A stretch of 64,000 nucleotides of DNA, taken from a virus. Taxonomy: Duplodnaviria; Caudoviricetes. The stretch lies in IMG/VR virus record IMGVR_UViG_3300030330_004772, positions 10,686 to 74,685 of that record, one strand, 5' to 3'. Made by a program: the position numbers and the translations under genes. Positions 18,815-28,872 of the stretch are shown one piece after another. How positions within the stretch are numbered: the first letter of the stretch is position 1; each line of letters opens with the position of its first letter. A model generated the notes under the pieces. It was not told the DNA's origin, did not search any database, and worked only from the letters and a program-made list of their open reading frames with translations.

Positions 18815-20794
18815 ATGGCAAAAAAAACAATATTTCAACAATTAGGTGACTTATTTGGTCCGGAAAGAAAACAGACTACTAATAAATCTAGATATTCTTT
18901 AAATGATAAAGAATTATTAAAAACTAAATCACAAGAAGAATATAACTATGAGTTATTACAAAAACAACAAGACGCTTATTTATCTAATCAATGGAAGAAG
19001 GTTGATAACGAAATATATCAACATTCTATTTATTACGAAACTACGAGATTAGCTTCTTATGCTGATTTTGAAGGTATGGAATTTTTTCCTGAAATTGCGG
19101 CAGCATTAGATATTTTTATGGAAGAATCTACTACACCTAATGGTGAAGGGAGAATATTAAATATATTCTCTGAAAGTAAAAGAGTAAGAAGAATATTACA
19201 AGATTTATTTTTTAACAGATTAGATATACACACTAATTTACCTATGTGGGTAAGAAATACATGTAAATATGGTGATAATTTTTTATATATGTCGATAGAT
19301 AGTGAAAATGGAGTACAAAGTGTAAAACAATTACCTAATATTGAAATTACGAGAAAAGAAAATGATGGTTTTGGTGAAAATGCAAATACTAGTAGTGATG
19401 ATAAGTTTAACCCTGTTAAGTTTGTTTGGGGACAAAAAGATATGGAATTTAATGCGTGGCAAGTTGCCCATTTTAGGTTATTGGGAGATGATAGAAGATT
19501 ACCTTATGGAACATCAATTTTAGAAAAGGCAAGAAGAATATGGAAACAATTACTTCTTTCTGAGGATGCAATGTTAATATATAGAGTTACTAGAGCACCT
19601 GAAAGAAGAATATTTAAAATATTTGTTGGTAATATAGATGAGAAAGATGTTCCTGCATATGTTAATAAAATTGCAGATAACTTCAAAAGAAGCCCGGTAA
19701 TTGATCAACAAACCGGTCAAATAGATACACGTTACAATCAAATGGCACAAGATCAAGATTACTTTGTACCAGTTAGAGATCCCAACGCCCCTAGTCCAAT
19801 AGATACTCTTCCAGGCGCAACTAACCTTTCAGAAATTGCGGATATACAGTTTTTACAAAAGAAATTATTTACTGCCCTTAGAGTACCTAAACCATTTTTA
19901 GGTTTTGAGGAGGTTGCAGGTGAAGGTAAAAACTTAGCTTTACAGGATATTAGATTCGCTAGAACAATCAATAGAGTTCAACAAGCAATTATACAAGAAT
20001 TAAATAAAATTGCAATTATACATTTATATATCTTAGGATTAGAAGACGATTTAGAAAATTTCACTTTAACACTTAATAATCCTTCTACACAGGCTGAGAT
20101 GTTGAAGATAGAACAGAATCAGCTCAAAGTAACTCTTTATAAAGATGCAGTATCTGATGCAGGTAATGGTTTTGGTGCGTATTCTATGACTAGAGCTAAA
20201 AGAGATATTTTAGGGATGTCTGAAGAAGAAATTAGAGTCGATTTAGAACAACAAAGAATGGAAAAAGCTGCAAGTGCAGAAATGGAACAAACCTCAACAA
20301 TAATTAAGAAAACTGGTTTATTCGATAGAGTAGATACCTTATATGGTGATCCTTTAGGTATGAGCAATGGTGATGCAGGTGGAGACGCAGGTGGAGACGC
20401 AGGTGGTGATGCAGGTGGAGACGCAGGTGGAGACGCAGGTGGATTTGGTGATATTGGAGGTGGATTTGGTGATATTGGAGGTGCAGCAGATAGTGCAGCA
20501 GATAGTGCAGCAGATAGTGCAGCAGGTGGTGAGGCAACTGAAGCGGAAGCAGGTGCGGCAACAGAGTCCACAGAAAAAAAGGAAAATTTACTTTTAGAAC
20601 AAGAAAAAAATAAATTAAATGAAAAAACTAAAAAATATCAAAATCTATATTTAAAAAGATTAATAGAAAGTATAGATTCAGATGATAGAGTTTTTAAAGT
20701 GGAGGGTATAGATGAAGAGGTAGATACTATAAACTCTAAAATAAGTAAAATGTCTGCAGATATAGATAATATTTTAAAGGAAGAAGAAAAATAA
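18815..20794 (+). CDS. gp20: Portal protein (T4 gp20-like)
   Basis: LLLSEDAMLIYRVTRAPERRIFKIFVGN, DYFVPVR, IDTLPG, KKLFTALRVP. Confidence 0.95.
   Translation: MAKKTIFQQLGDLFGPERKQTTNKSRYSLNDKELLKTKSQEEYNYELLQKQQDAYLSNQWKKVDNEIYQHSIYYETTRLASYADFEGMEFFPEIAAALDIFMEESTTPNGEGRILNIFSESKRVRRILQDLFFNRLDIHTNLPMWVRNTCKYGDNFLYMSIDSENGVQSVKQLPNIEITRKENDGFGENANTSSDDKFNPVKFVWGQKDMEFNAWQVAHFRLLGDDRRLPYGTSILEKARRIWKQLLLSEDAMLIYRVTRAPERRIFKIFVGNIDEKDVPAYVNKIADNFKRSPVIDQQTGQIDTRYNQMAQDQDYFVPVRDPNAPSPIDTLPGATNLSEIADIQFLQKKLFTALRVPKPFLGFEEVAGEGKNLALQDIRFARTINRVQQAIIQELNKIAIIHLYILGLEDDLENFTLTLNNPSTQAEMLKIEQNQLKVTLYKDAVSDAGNGFGAYSMTRAKRDILGMSEEEIRVDLEQQRMEKAASAEMEQTSTIIKKTGLFDRVDTLYGDPLGMSNGDAGGDAGGDAGGDAGGDAGGDAGGFGDIGGGFGDIGGAADSAADSAADSAAGGEATEAEAGAATESTEKKENLLLEQEKNKLNEKTKKYQNLYLKRLIESIDSDDRVFKVEGIDEEVDTINSKISKMSADIDNILKEEEK
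20369..20525 (+). repeat. Low-complexity tandem repeats in the portal C-terminus (GDAG, GGFGDI, AADS)
   Basis: 12-bp and 18-bp tandem units visible in the DNA. Confidence 0.85.
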
Positions 20795-20834
20795 ACTTTT
20801 TATCTTATTCTAATATTTATTAATAAACAATACT

Positions 20835-21602
20835 ATGAATAACTTTGGAAACATAAAAGATACTTTTAATGATATTTTAACAGAATCATTATTAAATAAA
20901 GATAAAAAAGGTAAAAAACTTTTTTCCCAATATCTTAACATATTAAAAGAAGATAATAATTTAAGAAACGAATATCTTATATTTAAAAATTTGACATCTG
21001 TTAAATTTAAAAACGAAACAGATGCGATACATTTTATCAATGAGAATATTGAATTATTAAAAAATAATGATTCATCACAAGGGCTTAAAAAGTTAAAGTC
21101 GTTGTTAAAAGGTAAAAATATAAATGTAAGTAATTCTGAGTTATATGAACACATAAATACCTTAAGAAATACTGAAAAAACACCTGAAACTTTAATTAAA
21201 TTACAAAAATCATTAAATTATTTAAGTGAGAATATGTTAAAAGAAGTTGTTGTAGAAAAAAATGAGTTTGACACAGTAGATGTACCACCAAGTGTACTAA
21301 CGAAAATGGCGACAAATAGATTTAATTTAAAATATCAAGATATTACTGAGGGAGAAAAAGAAATCATTAAAACTATATTAAATGGGAATGATGAAGATAA
21401 AAAAGAAGTTTATAATAACTTAAAAACTGAATGTATCGATATCATAGATAAAAAACTAAATGAAAATGTTGATCTGGACATCAAAGATAAGTTACTCAAA
21501 GTCAAAGATAAATTATTAAGGATGACTTATAGTTCAGATGAATATGTTAAGGACATAAATAATGTTTATGAACTTAAAAATTCAGTGGCCACTGAGGAAT
21601 AA
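20835..21602 (+). CDS. Hypothetical protein between portal and protease
   Basis: ORF track; TATTTAT at 20814; MNNFGNIKDTFNDILTE leader. Confidence 0.65.
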   Translation: MNNFGNIKDTFNDILTESLLNKDKKGKKLFSQYLNILKEDNNLRNEYLIFKNLTSVKFKNETDAIHFINENIELLKNNDSSQGLKKLKSLLKGKNINVSNSELYEHINTLRNTEKTPETLIKLQKSLNYLSENMLKEVVVEKNEFDTVDVPPSVLTKMATNRFNLKYQDITEGEKEIIKTILNGNDEDKKEVYNNLKTECIDIIDKKLNENVDLDIKDKLLKVKDKLLRMTYSSDEYVKDINNVYELKNSVATEE

Positions 21603-21621
21603 CAAAAAATAAATTTATATT

Positions 21622-21846
21622 ATGGAAGAAATTTTTAATAAAGTAAAAGGTTTTTTCGCGGGTATTACTGACCTATTAATGACATTTTTAAGTGTCGGTA
21701 TCTTAGTACAAGTACTTTTTGGAGGTGCGGTATTTGGGATGGATGTAGTAGGTAACGTTACTAATCTAATTGAATCTTTAGGTAATTCTGGTTTTGTTGG
21801 ACTATTAGCAGTTGTAGTATTAGTGAATATCTTAAATAAAAAATAA
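21622..21846 (+). CDS. Small hydrophobic membrane protein (74 aa)
   Basis: Two hydrophobic helices and a basic C-terminus. Confidence 0.7.
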   Translation: MEEIFNKVKGFFAGITDLLMTFLSVGILVQVLFGGAVFGMDVVGNVTNLIESLGNSGFVGLLAVVVLVNILNKK

Positions 21847-21870
21847 CAACATAATTAATAACTAAATATT

Positions 21871-21898
21871 AACCCACACTTAAGTTGTGGGTTTTTTT
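21871..21898 (+). terminator. Rho-independent terminator
   Basis: AACCCACA-CTTAAGT-TGTGGGTT followed by a T-run. Confidence 0.8.
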
Positions 21899-21914
21899 AT
21901 GCGGTTATCTGCGA

Positions 21915-21946
21915 TTTGACATATAGACATAAAATGATTATCTTTA
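21915..21946 (+). promoter_or_regulatory. Bacteroidota-type promoter
   Basis: TTTG(21915)-N20-TATCTTTA(21939), one mismatch to consensus. Confidence 0.5.
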
Positions 21947-21979
21947 TATAAAAATAATATATAAATAAAGTAATTATGA

Positions 21980-22414
21980 ATGAAACGAGGAAAAGAATTA
22001 AAATTAAATTTAAACCCAAATTACAAAATAAAATTGGGTACGGTAGATAATAAAAATCCAAAAACAATATATATAAATTTAACCGCTTGGGGTCAATTAA
22101 AAAAATATGATATAGATTTAAATTACGATAATGTCATTAATAAGTTAAGAACAAAAATTAAACATAAAATTAATAGTTATAATGTAGATGCATTTCATAA
22201 TGGTAAATATATAGTAGATTTAGATATGAGATCTTCAGGTATTAAACCTACTAAAAGAAGTTTTATGTCTTGTGAAATCACACTATTCCAAAGAAATATA
22301 ACACCAGTTAATAATCCCACTTTAGTACATACAACTTCAGAATTAATAAATGATGTAATTAAAAATTGTTTAGATAAGAGTGAACATTTCACTTTTTATA
22401 AAACTAAAAATTAA
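21980..22414 (+). CDS. Hypothetical protein
   Basis: ORF track. Confidence 0.65.
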   Translation: MKRGKELKLNLNPNYKIKLGTVDNKNPKTIYINLTAWGQLKKYDIDLNYDNVINKLRTKIKHKINSYNVDAFHNGKYIVDLDMRSSGIKPTKRSFMSCEITLFQRNITPVNNPTLVHTTSELINDVIKNCLDKSEHFTFYKTKN

Positions 22415-22461
22415 AGTTTTTTATAATAAAGATATATTTATTACTAAAGAATATCGTTATT

Positions 22462-23148
22462 ATGGAAATATTAAAAAACAATGACTTAAATAAAAAAGGT
22501 ATACTAGTAGAATATGATGCTGGTTATATATCACCTAAAGATAACAGACACTTTATTAACGAAATAAATAAACTAACTAAAGGAGAGCAGATTATTGAAG
22601 ATCCTTTAGTTGTTTATGCAGTTATGCAAAAATATGGTGTTGAGAATAGAAACGGTAGAGTATATCCTGAAGATATTCTAAAAAGAGAGGGTGAAAATTA
22701 TACAAAACTAATAAAAGAAAAAAGAGCAATGGGTGAAGCGGATCATCCAGAATCTTCTATAGTAGCAATAAGTAGGATATCCCACAATGTCATAGATTTA
22801 TGGTGGGAAGGAAATGTAATGATGGGGAAATTAGAAATAATTATGTCACCAGGATTTATAACACAAGGAATTATTTCATGCGAAGGAGACCAAGTGGCGA
22901 ATTTATTACGTAAAGGTTTAAAGATTGGTGTATCATCTAGAGGTGTAGGTTCACTAAAAAAAGAAAGCGGCAAAAACGTAGTACAAGATGACTTCGAATT
23001 AATTTGTTGGGACGTTGTTACGTCCCCGTCAACTCCCGGTTCTTGGATATATAATGAAGAGCCTAGTAGAGAACAACAAATGTCAGAATCTAAAAAATCT
23101 GATAAGACTTTATTAGTAGACGGATTAAATAATTTTTTGTCTGATTAA
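22462..23148 (+). CDS. gp21: Prohead core protease (T4 gp21-like)
   Basis: NRNGRVYP, GEADHPE, GVSSRGVGS, DVVTSPST. Confidence 0.93.
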   Translation: MEILKNNDLNKKGILVEYDAGYISPKDNRHFINEINKLTKGEQIIEDPLVVYAVMQKYGVENRNGRVYPEDILKREGENYTKLIKEKRAMGEADHPESSIVAISRISHNVIDLWWEGNVMMGKLEIIMSPGFITQGIISCEGDQVANLLRKGLKIGVSSRGVGSLKKESGKNVVQDDFELICWDVVTSPSTPGSWIYNEEPSREQQMSESKKSDKTLLVDGLNNFLSD

Positions 23149-23262
23149 TTTCATAATAAAGTAACACTTTTATCATTTTTTGCATATTTATAAAAAAAAC
23201 AGCGCACTTAGTGCCTGCATTTTTTATTATAATAACAAAATGTAAAAAAAATAAAATTTACA

Positions 23263-24606
23263 ATGGCGACAAAAAGAAAATCAATCATCGAAGAGGCTTT
23301 GTTAGAAGCAAAGTCTTTAGAGGATGCCTTAAAAGCCAACACGAAAGAAATGCTTGCCGCTCATATGAAGCAAGAAATTGAGAACATCGTAGAGTCATCT
23401 TTAAAAGAACAAGATGAAGAAGAAATTGAAATCGATGTGGAAGGATCCGATGAAGAAATGGAAGAAATGCCAGCGTTAGAAGCTGGAGACGATTCAGAAG
23501 GGGATGCTGATGAAGCAGACTCAGAAGAGTCAGAATTAATGGATTTAGATGTCGATCTTGACGCTTTAGCGGGAGACGATGATGAAGATGTTGAATTAGA
23601 TGTTGTTGAATTACCCTCAGATCTAGATATGGGTGATGAAGAAGAATTAGATTTAACTGGTGCATCAGACGAAGAAGTAATCGCAGTATTTAAGAAAATG
23701 AGCGATGAAGACGAAGTTGAGGTTGTTAAAGACACAGAAGGAATCCACTTAACAGATAACGAAACCGGTGCAGAATACTACATTAAAGAAGGTGACGAAC
23801 ATTATGAAGAATCTTACGACAAAATGGATGAAGAGAAAGATTGTATGAAAGAGGAAGCAGGATGTGGAAAACGTTACGAAGAAGGACATGATCATATGGA
23901 CGAAGAAGTAATGTATGAGATCGAACTAGATGAAATGGATGACATGGAAGAAGGTTATGACATGGAAGAAGGTTATGATATGGAAGAAGGTTATGATATG
24001 GAAGAAGGTCACGATATGGAAGAAGGTCACGATATGGAAGAAGGTCACGATATGGAAGAAACTTTAGATTTAGATGAAGAAGAAACTATCGAAGAAGATA
24101 AACTTAAAAGACACCAATCTAATGGATATAATAAATATCATGGTGCCAAAGCAGGATCAGATCAAGTATCAGAATCTAAAAGAAGAACACCTAAAAATGT
24201 AAAAAAAGTAACGGAATCAAAAATTATGAAAGAATACAAAGAGTTAAAATCCAAAAACGAAGAGTATAAAGGAGCACTTAAAGTATTCAAGAATAAATTA
24301 AACGAAGTTGCTTTATTCAATACAAATTTAGCATACGTTAATAGATTATTTACTGAACATTCTACTACTAAATCAGAAAAGATGGAAATCTTAAAAAGAT
24401 TTGATAGTGCGGAATCGATTAAAGAATCTAAAACTATCTATAAATCAGTAAAAAGTGAATTAGATTCTAAATCACCAATTACTGAATCTGTTGAGAATAA
24501 GGTTAACAAGACTGTTAAGTCTTCTAAATCGGATTTGAATGAATCTACGGCATACGTAGATCCACAAATAACTGCGATTAAAGATTTGATGAAAAGAATA
24601 TCATAA
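23263..24606 (+). CDS. gp22: Prohead core scaffold protein (gp22-like)
   Basis: Lies between protease and capsid genes; acidic N-terminal half and coiled-coil C-terminal half. Confidence 0.75.
   Translation: MATKRKSIIEEALLEAKSLEDALKANTKEMLAAHMKQEIENIVESSLKEQDEEEIEIDVEGSDEEMEEMPALEAGDDSEGDADEADSEESELMDLDVDLDALAGDDDEDVELDVVELPSDLDMGDEEELDLTGASDEEVIAVFKKMSDEDEVEVVKDTEGIHLTDNETGAEYYIKEGDEHYEESYDKMDEEKDCMKEEAGCGKRYEEGHDHMDEEVMYEIELDEMDDMEEGYDMEEGYDMEEGYDMEEGHDMEEGHDMEEGHDMEETLDLDEEETIEEDKLKRHQSNGYNKYHGAKAGSDQVSESKRRTPKNVKKVTESKIMKEYKELKSKNEEYKGALKVFKNKLNEVALFNTNLAYVNRLFTEHSTTKSEKMEILKRFDSAESIKESKTIYKSVKSELDSKSPITESVENKVNKTVKSSKSDLNESTAYVDPQITAIKDLMKRIS
23941..24060 (+). repeat. 18-bp tandem repeat encoding DMEEG(Y/H), 6 full units plus a partial one
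   Basis: GAYATGGAAGAAGGTYAY units counted directly. Confidence 0.95.
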
Positions 24607-24642
24607 AAATAACAAATAACAAAAAAATAAAAAACTCAAAAC

Positions 24643-26391
24643 ATGGGACATTTATTAAATTCAGGTGAAGTTGGAAATATCGGACTTGAACACTTGAAAC
24701 AAATCAGATCTAAAACTATCGGAAAATGGGATTCATTAGGATTCTTAGATGGTTTAAAAGGTCACGTAAAAGAGAACATCGCTCAGTTATACGAAAACCA
24801 AGCTTCTTCATTATTAAATGAGGCTACTGATGCAAATTCATCAGGTTCTTTCGAAACTGTAGTTTTCCCTATCGTAAGAAGGGTATTCTCAAAATTATTG
24901 GCTAACGATATCGTATCGGTACAAGCGATGAACATGCCAATTGGAAAATTATTTTATTTCGTACCAAAAACTTCTGGAAGAAATCATGCTCCACTTAACG
25001 GACCAGCACTTCCAGGTCAAGAATGTGTGTTCAGTGCATGTGCAGGAACACAACAATCAGAGTTCTTAGAAAAATCATTATATGATGTATTCTATAACGA
25101 TGGTATGTTTGATGCATCTAAAGGTACTGCTACACAAGTTCCTTATTCAACTACTAACCCAGTTATTGTAAGTGCTAACGGACAAACTGTTGCTACTGCA
25201 TACGCAGATCAACCAGTTGCTGCTGATGGTTCAATCAGAAGCCTTACAATGTGTGTTACTGGATTTACTTCAACAGGTGCTGGAAGATTAACAGGTCCTG
25301 ATGGAAACGAAATGGATACGGAATCTTTCTTATCTTCATTAACAGTTATTGCTGATGATAATGTTGAAAACCCAGCAGGTGATATAGTTATTGCAGCGGG
25401 TGAGTCAATTCCATTTACCTTAACTGCACAAAAATACGGTAGAGGTATCGTTGATTACGGTGACATTTGTACTCCTGATGGATGTTTAATGATTACTGTT
25501 GATTTAACATCTCCTAACTGTGTTGACTGTAATGGAAGTTCTTTTGATGGTTACATCGGTGCTAAAAACGGTACTGAAACCACAGATTTAAATTTCTCTG
25601 CAGCATGGATGAGATACGAATCTTTAGAATTCGCAACTGAAATGGGAGAAGTTTCTTTCGAACTTGACGAAGTAGTTGTTTCTGTAACGGAAAGAAAATT
25701 AAGAGCAACTTGGTCTCCTGAACTAGCACAAGATGTTAGTGCATTCCATAACATTGATGCTGAAGCTGAATTAACGGCTTTATTATCTGAGCAAGTAGCA
25801 GCTGAAATCGATAGGGAAATTCTTAGAGATTTAAGAACTGGTTCAGCTTGGTCATTAAGATGGGATTATAACGGATGGAAAAGAGCTGCTGCAGGTGGTG
25901 GATTCAACGCTTATACACAAAAAGAGTGGAATCAAACGTTAATTACTAAAATTAACCAATTATCTGCACAAATCCATAAATCAACTCTAAGAGGTGGTGC
26001 TAACTTTATCGTAGTTTCTTCTGAAGCTTCAGCGATATTTGATGATTTAGAATACTTCCACGTATCTAACGCAGCACCTGAGCAAGATCAATACAATATG
26101 GGTATTGAGAAAGTAGGTTCATTAGGAGGAAGATACACTGTATATAGAGATCCTTACGCACCAGCTAACTCAATCATTGTTGGACATAAAGGGAAGTCAT
26201 TATTGGATACTGGGTACATTTACGCACCTTACGTACCATTACAATTGACTCCAACGTTACAAAACCCATTCAACTTTGCACCAACTAAGGGTATCATGAC
26301 TAGATACGCTAAGAAAATGGTTAATAACCGTTTCTATGGTACAGTAACAATTGATGGAGTTGTAACATTTGATACTAACTTATTAAGATAA
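24643..26391 (+). CDS. gp23: Major capsid protein (T4 gp23-like)
   Basis: PIVRRVF, VSVQAMNMPIGKLFY, RKLRATWSPELAQD, HNIDAEAEL, GYIYAPYVPL, GIMTRY. Confidence 0.97.
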   Translation: MGHLLNSGEVGNIGLEHLKQIRSKTIGKWDSLGFLDGLKGHVKENIAQLYENQASSLLNEATDANSSGSFETVVFPIVRRVFSKLLANDIVSVQAMNMPIGKLFYFVPKTSGRNHAPLNGPALPGQECVFSACAGTQQSEFLEKSLYDVFYNDGMFDASKGTATQVPYSTTNPVIVSANGQTVATAYADQPVAADGSIRSLTMCVTGFTSTGAGRLTGPDGNEMDTESFLSSLTVIADDNVENPAGDIVIAAGESIPFTLTAQKYGRGIVDYGDICTPDGCLMITVDLTSPNCVDCNGSSFDGYIGAKNGTETTDLNFSAAWMRYESLEFATEMGEVSFELDEVVVSVTERKLRATWSPELAQDVSAFHNIDAEAELTALLSEQVAAEIDREILRDLRTGSAWSLRWDYNGWKRAAAGGGFNAYTQKEWNQTLITKINQLSAQIHKSTLRGGANFIVVSSEASAIFDDLEYFHVSNAAPEQDQYNMGIEKVGSLGGRYTVYRDPYAPANSIIVGHKGKSLLDTGYIYAPYVPLQLTPTLQNPFNFAPTKGIMTRYAKKMVNNRFYGTVTIDGVVTFDTNLLR

Positions 26392-26416
26392 TAATTAGTT
26401 ATACAATTCAATTATT

Positions 26417-26449
26417 AAAAGGGTGGAATTATTTCTACCCTTTTTTTTT
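26417..26449 (+). terminator. Rho-independent terminator after the capsid gene
   Basis: AAAAGGGTGGAA-TTAT-TTCTACCCTTTT followed by a T-run. Confidence 0.85.
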
Positions 26450-26484
26450 GTTTTAAAAGATATTTATTAGTATATTAGCACACT

Positions 26485-27375
26485 ATGAGAATTAAAAAGA
26501 AAAATATATTATTAGAATCCCTTTTAATTGATATAATTGGTGAATTTACACCACAAGAAAAGAAAATATTATCAGTATTACACAATAAATTTGGTATGGG
26601 ATCTGGTAAAATAGAAAAATCTTGGAATTTTGATAAGTGGGCAGCAGCTGCATTTTTAATTGAGGAGTTTGAGTTACCGTATGATATAGCACATGATTTA
26701 GCATCTACGTACTTTTGGAATGGTGAAAAATTGTTTAATGAGTTTGAACCACTTAGGAAAAAAAATAATAGAAGTGACTTATTTATGAATCACGCATTTA
26801 GAGATATACTAGATGACTACATTGAGTCAAACAAAACTGAAGATAATAATTTTTATCTAACAAATCCCGTAGAATATAACGTTAAAACTCAAAATGAAAG
26901 TGAGGTACTTCCCGGCATTATATATCAAAGTTTTCCACCAAGAAGTTATAAAGAATTGGAGGAGTCTAGAAAAGAAGCAAATGAAGTAAAATTATCTGTA
27001 AGACCTATGGTTTGGTCTACCTATAACGGTGTTATGTTATATATCCAACCTAGTCAAGAAGATATTATAGAACCAAAGGATATAGAGACTACTAGTTGGG
27101 ATACGATGCGTAATATGGGTCTAACTGCTGCAATACGATTAGATTATTATAAAGATGAAGATGAAAAATCTCAAAATTATCTTCAAGGTAAATGTGAATA
27201 TAAATTTGGGCATGAGTATAAAGATGAGGGTATAATATGGAATGAGGACATAAAATTACCTGAAGTTTTATCTAAGGAAAAGGTTCATGAATTTATAGAT
27301 ATGTTACTAGAAAGATTACGTTCTACACTTAATGGAATGACGTTTATTTATGGTAAAGGTGTAAAAGACGACTAA
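26485..27375 (+). CDS. Hypothetical, putative head protein
   Basis: TATTTAT at 26461; MRIKKKNILLE leader. Confidence 0.6.
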   Translation: MRIKKKNILLESLLIDIIGEFTPQEKKILSVLHNKFGMGSGKIEKSWNFDKWAAAAFLIEEFELPYDIAHDLASTYFWNGEKLFNEFEPLRKKNNRSDLFMNHAFRDILDDYIESNKTEDNNFYLTNPVEYNVKTQNESEVLPGIIYQSFPPRSYKELEESRKEANEVKLSVRPMVWSTYNGVMLYIQPSQEDIIEPKDIETTSWDTMRNMGLTAAIRLDYYKDEDEKSQNYLQGKCEYKFGHEYKDEGIIWNEDIKLPEVLSKEKVHEFIDMLLERLRSTLNGMTFIYGKGVKDD

Positions 27376-27444
27376 ATGACGTAAATTCTGTCTTATATGT
27401 ATATACATATAAGACTGTTAAAAACCCCCTAAAATAGACTAAAA

Positions 27445-28851
27445 TCAGTGTAAATCGTCAACTTGATTGACAATATTGAACTCCATTTGATTGGTGTACG
27501 TCTTAACTTCTTGATTTGATGTTAATTTTATATCGATATAGTATCTATTTGGTATCATCCATGAAGTATCTAATAAAAAGTAATTTTTAAGATATGCCAT
27601 ATTTACATCTTGCCAATCTATAACATTCACTTGTGTATTACCTTCTCTTACCCATAATCTATATTGTAAATTATCTATCACTTCACTTTCATTGATAGTG
27701 TAAGGTATTCTAGCGGATACCATAACTTTTCTTATATCACCCCTTTTAATTTTTTCATCTCTTCTAATACCACTGATTGACATCACATATTCTACAGGTA
27801 ATGATTCACTAGTACCTATTTGGTAATACTCAGTATCGGATTTAATTTCAAAATCTAATTCTATATCATTTAATTGTACCCCATCTATTTTAATATCCCC
27901 CCAATTGTCAAAATATAATACACCATCTTCTGCAGTAGGTGGTACAAATACATTTGCGTAATACACACCCTCCGTTGCTTGTATAGTTTGTCCTGTCGTA
28001 ATTGCAGAATATACAACACCATTATTATCTAAAATAGTAACACTAGGATTATTATCTAAATTTTTAGGTTCACCATTAACATTACTATAAAGATATAATC
28101 TATTAGTTCTATTTTTATAGAAATTTTTTCTATTGTCTTTGATTGGATTATTGTATACAGTTTCTAAAAATGGTTCATAATATGTTTGTGTGTGTCTAGT
28201 GAAAAACCCAACATATTGTGCGGGTACAGTAACTAAATTTTCTAATTCATAATCAAATGATAACCCATAACCATTATTAGGTGTCCCACCAGTTATTAAA
28301 TCATTTACCTCATCAGTAATATCCATTTCAATATTCTCATTACCTTTATCAAAATGTTGTGTTACTACAGTGTTTCCTGTTACACCCGTATATACACCAT
28401 CTTCGTCCCATTCTGTAAGTGTAGTGGCATTATACCAATTACTAGCACTTTCAACAAAAGTAACATTATTATCACTTCCTTGTTGTATTTCAAATTTTTG
28501 ATAGTCTAATCCAGTACCTTCATCCCAAAATTGGTTTATACGAAATAAATTTAAATCAAAAGAAGAAGTTCTTTGTTTACCATCTAATAATTTTTGTGCC
28601 TGTAGATTTTGATCAAAATAAGAACTATTACACATTTTCAAGGTGTGTTTAACTTTAGAAAGATTACCTAATTTTCCTGCTTGATATCTTTCCTGTAAAT
28701 CTAAAATATCAAAATACAATAAATGTCTCGTAAAATCTGCCATATTATTTTTACCTCCGTAAAATAATTCTGCGATTCTACTTCGTCCCGTGTTAACTTC
28801 ACTATTATATATAATTGTGTTATTTTTTTCTATGTACGTTCTTATTACCAT
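27445..28851 (-). CDS. Putative structural/baseplate-region protein (DNRLRE-like N-terminal region, Ig-like C-terminus)
   Basis: RHLLYFDI ... SFDLNLFRINQFWDEGTG pattern; adjacent to the spike gene; TATTTAT at 28864-28870. Confidence 0.5.
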   Translation of the reverse strand: MVIRTYIEKNNTIIYNSEVNTGRSRIAELFYGGKNNMADFTRHLLYFDILDLQERYQAGKLGNLSKVKHTLKMCNSSYFDQNLQAQKLLDGKQRTSSFDLNLFRINQFWDEGTGLDYQKFEIQQGSDNNVTFVESASNWYNATTLTEWDEDGVYTGVTGNTVVTQHFDKGNENIEMDITDEVNDLITGGTPNNGYGLSFDYELENLVTVPAQYVGFFTRHTQTYYEPFLETVYNNPIKDNRKNFYKNRTNRLYLYSNVNGEPKNLDNNPSVTILDNNGVVYSAITTGQTIQATEGVYYANVFVPPTAEDGVLYFDNWGDIKIDGVQLNDIELDFEIKSDTEYYQIGTSESLPVEYVMSISGIRRDEKIKRGDIRKVMVSARIPYTINESEVIDNLQYRLWVREGNTQVNVIDWQDVNMAYLKNYFLLDTSWMIPNRYYIDIKLTSNQEVKTYTNQMEFNIVNQVDDLH

Positions 28852-28872
28852 TTCTTTTTATTAATAAATATC

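Noticed and set aside
23941-24060. Tandem repeats (also 8741-9157 and 20369-20525) as CRISPR arrays
   Set aside because: There are no unique spacers, unit lengths are multiples of 3 within coding sequence, and no cas genes are present.
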